A program made the translations under genes and the position numbers. A stretch of 47,792 nt of DNA from the NCBI GenBank assembly GCA_001783805.1, contig MFNS01000007.1:155975-203766 (forward strand), given 5' to 3'. The notes under the pieces are model-generated. The model saw only the letters and a list, made by a program, of their open reading frames with translations. It was not told where the DNA came from and did no database searches. Source of the DNA: Candidatus Levybacteria bacterium RIFCSPHIGHO2_01_FULL_40_16 (lineage in GTDB: Bacteria; Patescibacteriota; Microgenomatia; Levybacterales; UBA12049). Of this stretch, positions 45,286-47,792 are shown piece after piece; the first letter of the stretch is position 1; every line of letters starts with the position of its first letter.

Positions 45286-47792
45286 TTATGGGGCGATTTC
45301 TTGCCAGGTTCTGGTGGTTTGCTGGACCATGGCAGGATAATTAAGAATAAAATCAGGCCTCTCAACAAAACTAACTGATGGGTAAGAATTATTATCTCCG
45401 CAAAGCGTCCGATTATTGACAAAAGTTCCCCCGGCTCTTCCCGCATTGGCAAAAGCAGAACCTGCGATATTCAGTCTTAAATCTGCACCAATAGCGCAGT
45501 TGTTGTTGCCATCAGCTATGAAATTGTTATCTGCAGAATAAAGTCCTTCGATGGTTGTGGCAGTGGAGGAGACTGTCTCTCCAAGGGCACTATTAACCCC
45601 GATGTCTCCGGATGCTGAAAATATCGCGGTTGACCCAACCGGAACTTTAATTCTTCGATTAATATTCAGATTTCCATTAACCAGAATGATAAAATTCCCC
45701 GCACCAAAAGTATAGTCTGCTCCGGCGAGATTAAGGTCGCCTTCTACTTTGTATATTCCATGAGTCGTAATATCAGCAAGGGATACAATAGGAATTGGCG
45801 TAATTCCTGATTTCTGCGCGGTTCCCAGGAGAAATCCATAAGAAGTTGGAATCAGACTATGAGTATCTGTAAAAACTTCAGGATATGTAGGACTTCCAGC
45901 TTGCCAGTTAAACGGATTGCTAGAGGCTTGTCCGTTTCCAAAGGAAGGGGTGCTTGCTCCGGAGAAAATTATTCCGGGCATTCCGCCGCTTCCGGGAATT
46001 GAGGCGTAGATATTTGAGGAAGGAAGAAAATTATTAAATCCGCTATCCCAGCGCATATCCGCTCCCGTAGATTGGAACCAGGCAGGCGCGCCGCTGGTTA
46101 CACCTGCATTAAGATTAGAAATATTTCCTCCCGAACAGATCCCTTCGCTGGTTATCGGAACAGAGCAGCTTGCCCCAACGTTGACAATTAAAGAATTTCC
46201 CGGAGTTGTTGGATACGTGAAGGAATATCCGGGAGATATCCCCGAGAAGGTGACGGTATATTGCCCGGCAGAAAAATTGGTAAACGAATATACCCCTCCG
46301 GGAGGATTGCTGATGAAGGGAACAGGCGCTTGATATAAGGCGGTAATTTCCGCCTGCGACAACGCCCGATTGTAAATGCGGACATCATCAATGAGACCGT
46401 TGAAATAATCTCCACTATACCAAGAAGCTTTGCCGATAGTTGGAGCGGTAGTATCCTGAGAAAGTGTCGAAGCACTTCCAGTTCCCCTTAAAATACCATT
46501 AACGTAAATCTGGACAATCGAACCACCCCATACACCAACAATGTGAGACCAGCTCCCAGTTGGAATTGATACTGAACTCGAAGCTCCCGGACATGTTGAA
46601 GGAGTGCAAATATTAAATACTGCATATCCAGTATTATTAATGATTAACTTATAGCCTACAAAATTTCCTCCATATTTTGTAAAAATCGCACAGTTAGTAT
46701 CTGTACCAGCACAAGTAAAACTATTTGGATTGACCCATGTAGAAACAGTAATTGCTGTTGTTGGTTTTAAAGCTGCGCCATCACTTAGACCCACATAATC
46801 ATCCGTCCCGTCAAAACTGTAGGCCTGCCCGAATTTGCCCGGAATTGGAATTGCGCCATTAACCGTTCCGTTATTTCCATTGTCGGAGCTGTCCGTGGCA
46901 TCACCGTCAAATTTCCACCAGCCCATCAGGTTTGGATCAGCGCCTGGGTTAGCAGTTATATTTACAGTGCCGGTGTAATTGGAATCTCCAACACTTTTCC
47001 CGTCCCCATTAGCATCAATAAAAATCTTTCCGCTGATAGAGAAGGAAGGAGACAGGGTTGGGGTGGGAGACAGGGTTGGGGTGGGGGTGACAGGCGGAGT
47101 ATATTTGAAGAAAATATCCGCATAATTGCCGGCAACCGGCAAAGAAACGGTTGTAGAATTGCCTGCAGTGTAAGTTACGTGATTAGTGCAATTAATACAG
47201 GAAGAGAAAGATGTCGTATATCCGGCAATATTATCAGCAGTTACGGTATATGTGTTAGGGGATAGGGTATTGAAAAACCAAGTTGGAGTAGAGGTGGTTG
47301 ATCCTACGCCGCTGACTGTTACCCTTTGCCCAACTAAAACTAAAGTATTCCCGTCTTGATCTACGTGACGTCCCTGAATTGTCACCGTACCCGGAATGGG
47401 CGTGGGGGTAATGGTTGGCGTGGGAGTAATGGTTGGAGTTGGAGTTGGGGTTGGCGTTGGAGTGGGAGTAATGCAAGCAATATCGGTATCCGTAGCTCCG
47501 GTAGTTTGACAATACCTGTCAATAGTTCCATCACCATTATCATCCACGTCCGCGGTTCCCCAGGCAGCGGTGTTGCCGCCCAGAATGCAGGTAGCGGTGG
47601 TGTAATATCTGGAGACCGGATCGGAAGTCGGATTAACAGTGGCTATGGAGGTATTGTAAGAGCCAAAACGCACTTGCTTTACTTTTGACAATGGTGCTCC
47701 GTAGACATCAACTTCAATCAGTCCTCCCGGTCCGCCCACAGTCAGATTGTGAGCGCTGGGAAAAGTCGTTACACTGCACGGCACCCCCGTAG
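45286..47792 (-). CDS. Large surface protein (LamG domain, SdrD/Cna-B-like domain, TP-rich linkers); 5' end outside the window
   Basis: WKFDG..DSSDNGNNG..FDGTDDYV..WSHIVGV..FNGLIDDVRIYNRAL, TPTP repeats, C-terminal WQEIAP. Confidence 0.8.
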   Translation of the reverse strand, partial: TGVPCSVTTFPSAHNLTVGGPGGLIEVDVYGAPLSKVKQVRFGSYNTSIATVNPTSDPVSRYYTTATCILGGNTAAWGTADVDDNGDGTIDRYCQTTGATDTDIACITPTPTPTPTPTPTITPTPTITPTPIPGTVTIQGRHVDQDGNTLVLVGQRVTVSGVGSTTSTPTWFFNTLSPNTYTVTADNIAGYTTSFSSCINCTNHVTYTAGNSTTVSLPVAGNYADIFFKYTPPVTPTPTLSPTPTLSPSFSISGKIFIDANGDGKSVGDSNYTGTVNITANPGADPNLMGWWKFDGDATDSSDNGNNGTVNGAIPIPGKFGQAYSFDGTDDYVGLSDGAALKPTTAITVSTWVNPNSFTCAGTDTNCAIFTKYGGNFVGYKLIINNTGYAVFNICTPSTCPGASSSVSIPTGSWSHIVGVWGGSIVQIYVNGILRGTGSASTLSQDTTAPTIGKASWYSGDYFNGLIDDVRIYNRALSQAEITALYQAPVPFISNPPGGVYSFTNFSAGQYTVTFSGISPGYSFTYPTTPGNSLIVNVGASCSVPITSEGICSGGNISNLNAGVTSGAPAWFQSTGADMRWDSGFNNFLPSSNIYASIPGSGGMPGIIFSGASTPSFGNGQASSNPFNWQAGSPTYPEVFTDTHSLIPTSYGFLLGTAQKSGITPIPIVSLADITTHGIYKVEGDLNLAGADYTFGAGNFIILVNGNLNINRRIKVPVGSTAIFSASGDIGVNSALGETVSSTATTIEGLYSADNNFIADGNNNCAIGADLRLNIAGSAFANAGRAGGTFVNNRTLCGDNNSYPSVSFVERPDFILNYPAMVQQTTRTWQEIAP
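47048..47083. repeat. 18-bp tandem repeat in a TP linker
   Basis: ggagacagggttggggtg x2; further hexamer TP repeats at about 47395-47470. Confidence 0.8.

Noticed and set aside
192-47688. Numerous short antisense or alternate-frame ORFs in the track (e.g. 5762-6424, 11466-11975, 20402-20830)
   Set aside because: They overlap well-supported genes and show no recognisable motifs.
1-47792. CRISPR array or cas genes
   Set aside because: No regularly spaced repeat-spacer units and no Cas motifs; the repeats are dispersed palindromes or short tandem units.
1-47792. Recoded TGA (genetic code 25)
   Set aside because: Conserved genes are intact under code 11, and nadE, gap and nrdJ end at TGA where expected.

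Overview
This is a 47.8-kb chromosomal window, standard genetic code, that looks like a Patescibacteria/CPR genome (probably Microgenomates). That call rests on gene content: a CPR-type T4SS-like block with several VirB2-like pilins, LytR_C/SpoIID/DUF5657/DUF5667-type genes and an atypical tmRNA. It contains: (1) a VirB4/TraC-like/PrgI/pilin/VirB6-like cluster interrupted by nadD-nadE, a toxin-first TA pair and a large orphan; (2) a tRNA cluster with all four Ser isoacceptors, Arg(GCG), Arg(CCG) and two broken tRNA-Arg relics; (3) ssrA-smpB with a YefM/RelE TA; (4) an IS1595-family element with IRs and an 8-bp TSD carrying a fused restriction-modification gene; (5) cell-wall genes, rpe, pgk and gap; (6) nrdR-nrdJ, a cobalamin riboswitch and a PduO-type adenosyltransferase; (7) a partial LamG surface protein. 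The strongest novelty candidate is two paralogous 78-aa GIY-YIG nuclease genes, each directly behind a tRNA-like 3' end (tRNA-Ser and tmRNA). Each is linked by hairpins with a CTTCG..CT(A/T)CG signature. The same and related palindromes are scattered through the window, nested in each other, inserted in-frame in housekeeping genes and inside dead tRNA genes. This suggests a GIY-YIG-associated, REP-like repeat system. All family assignments come from motif recognition by eye; no searches were run.
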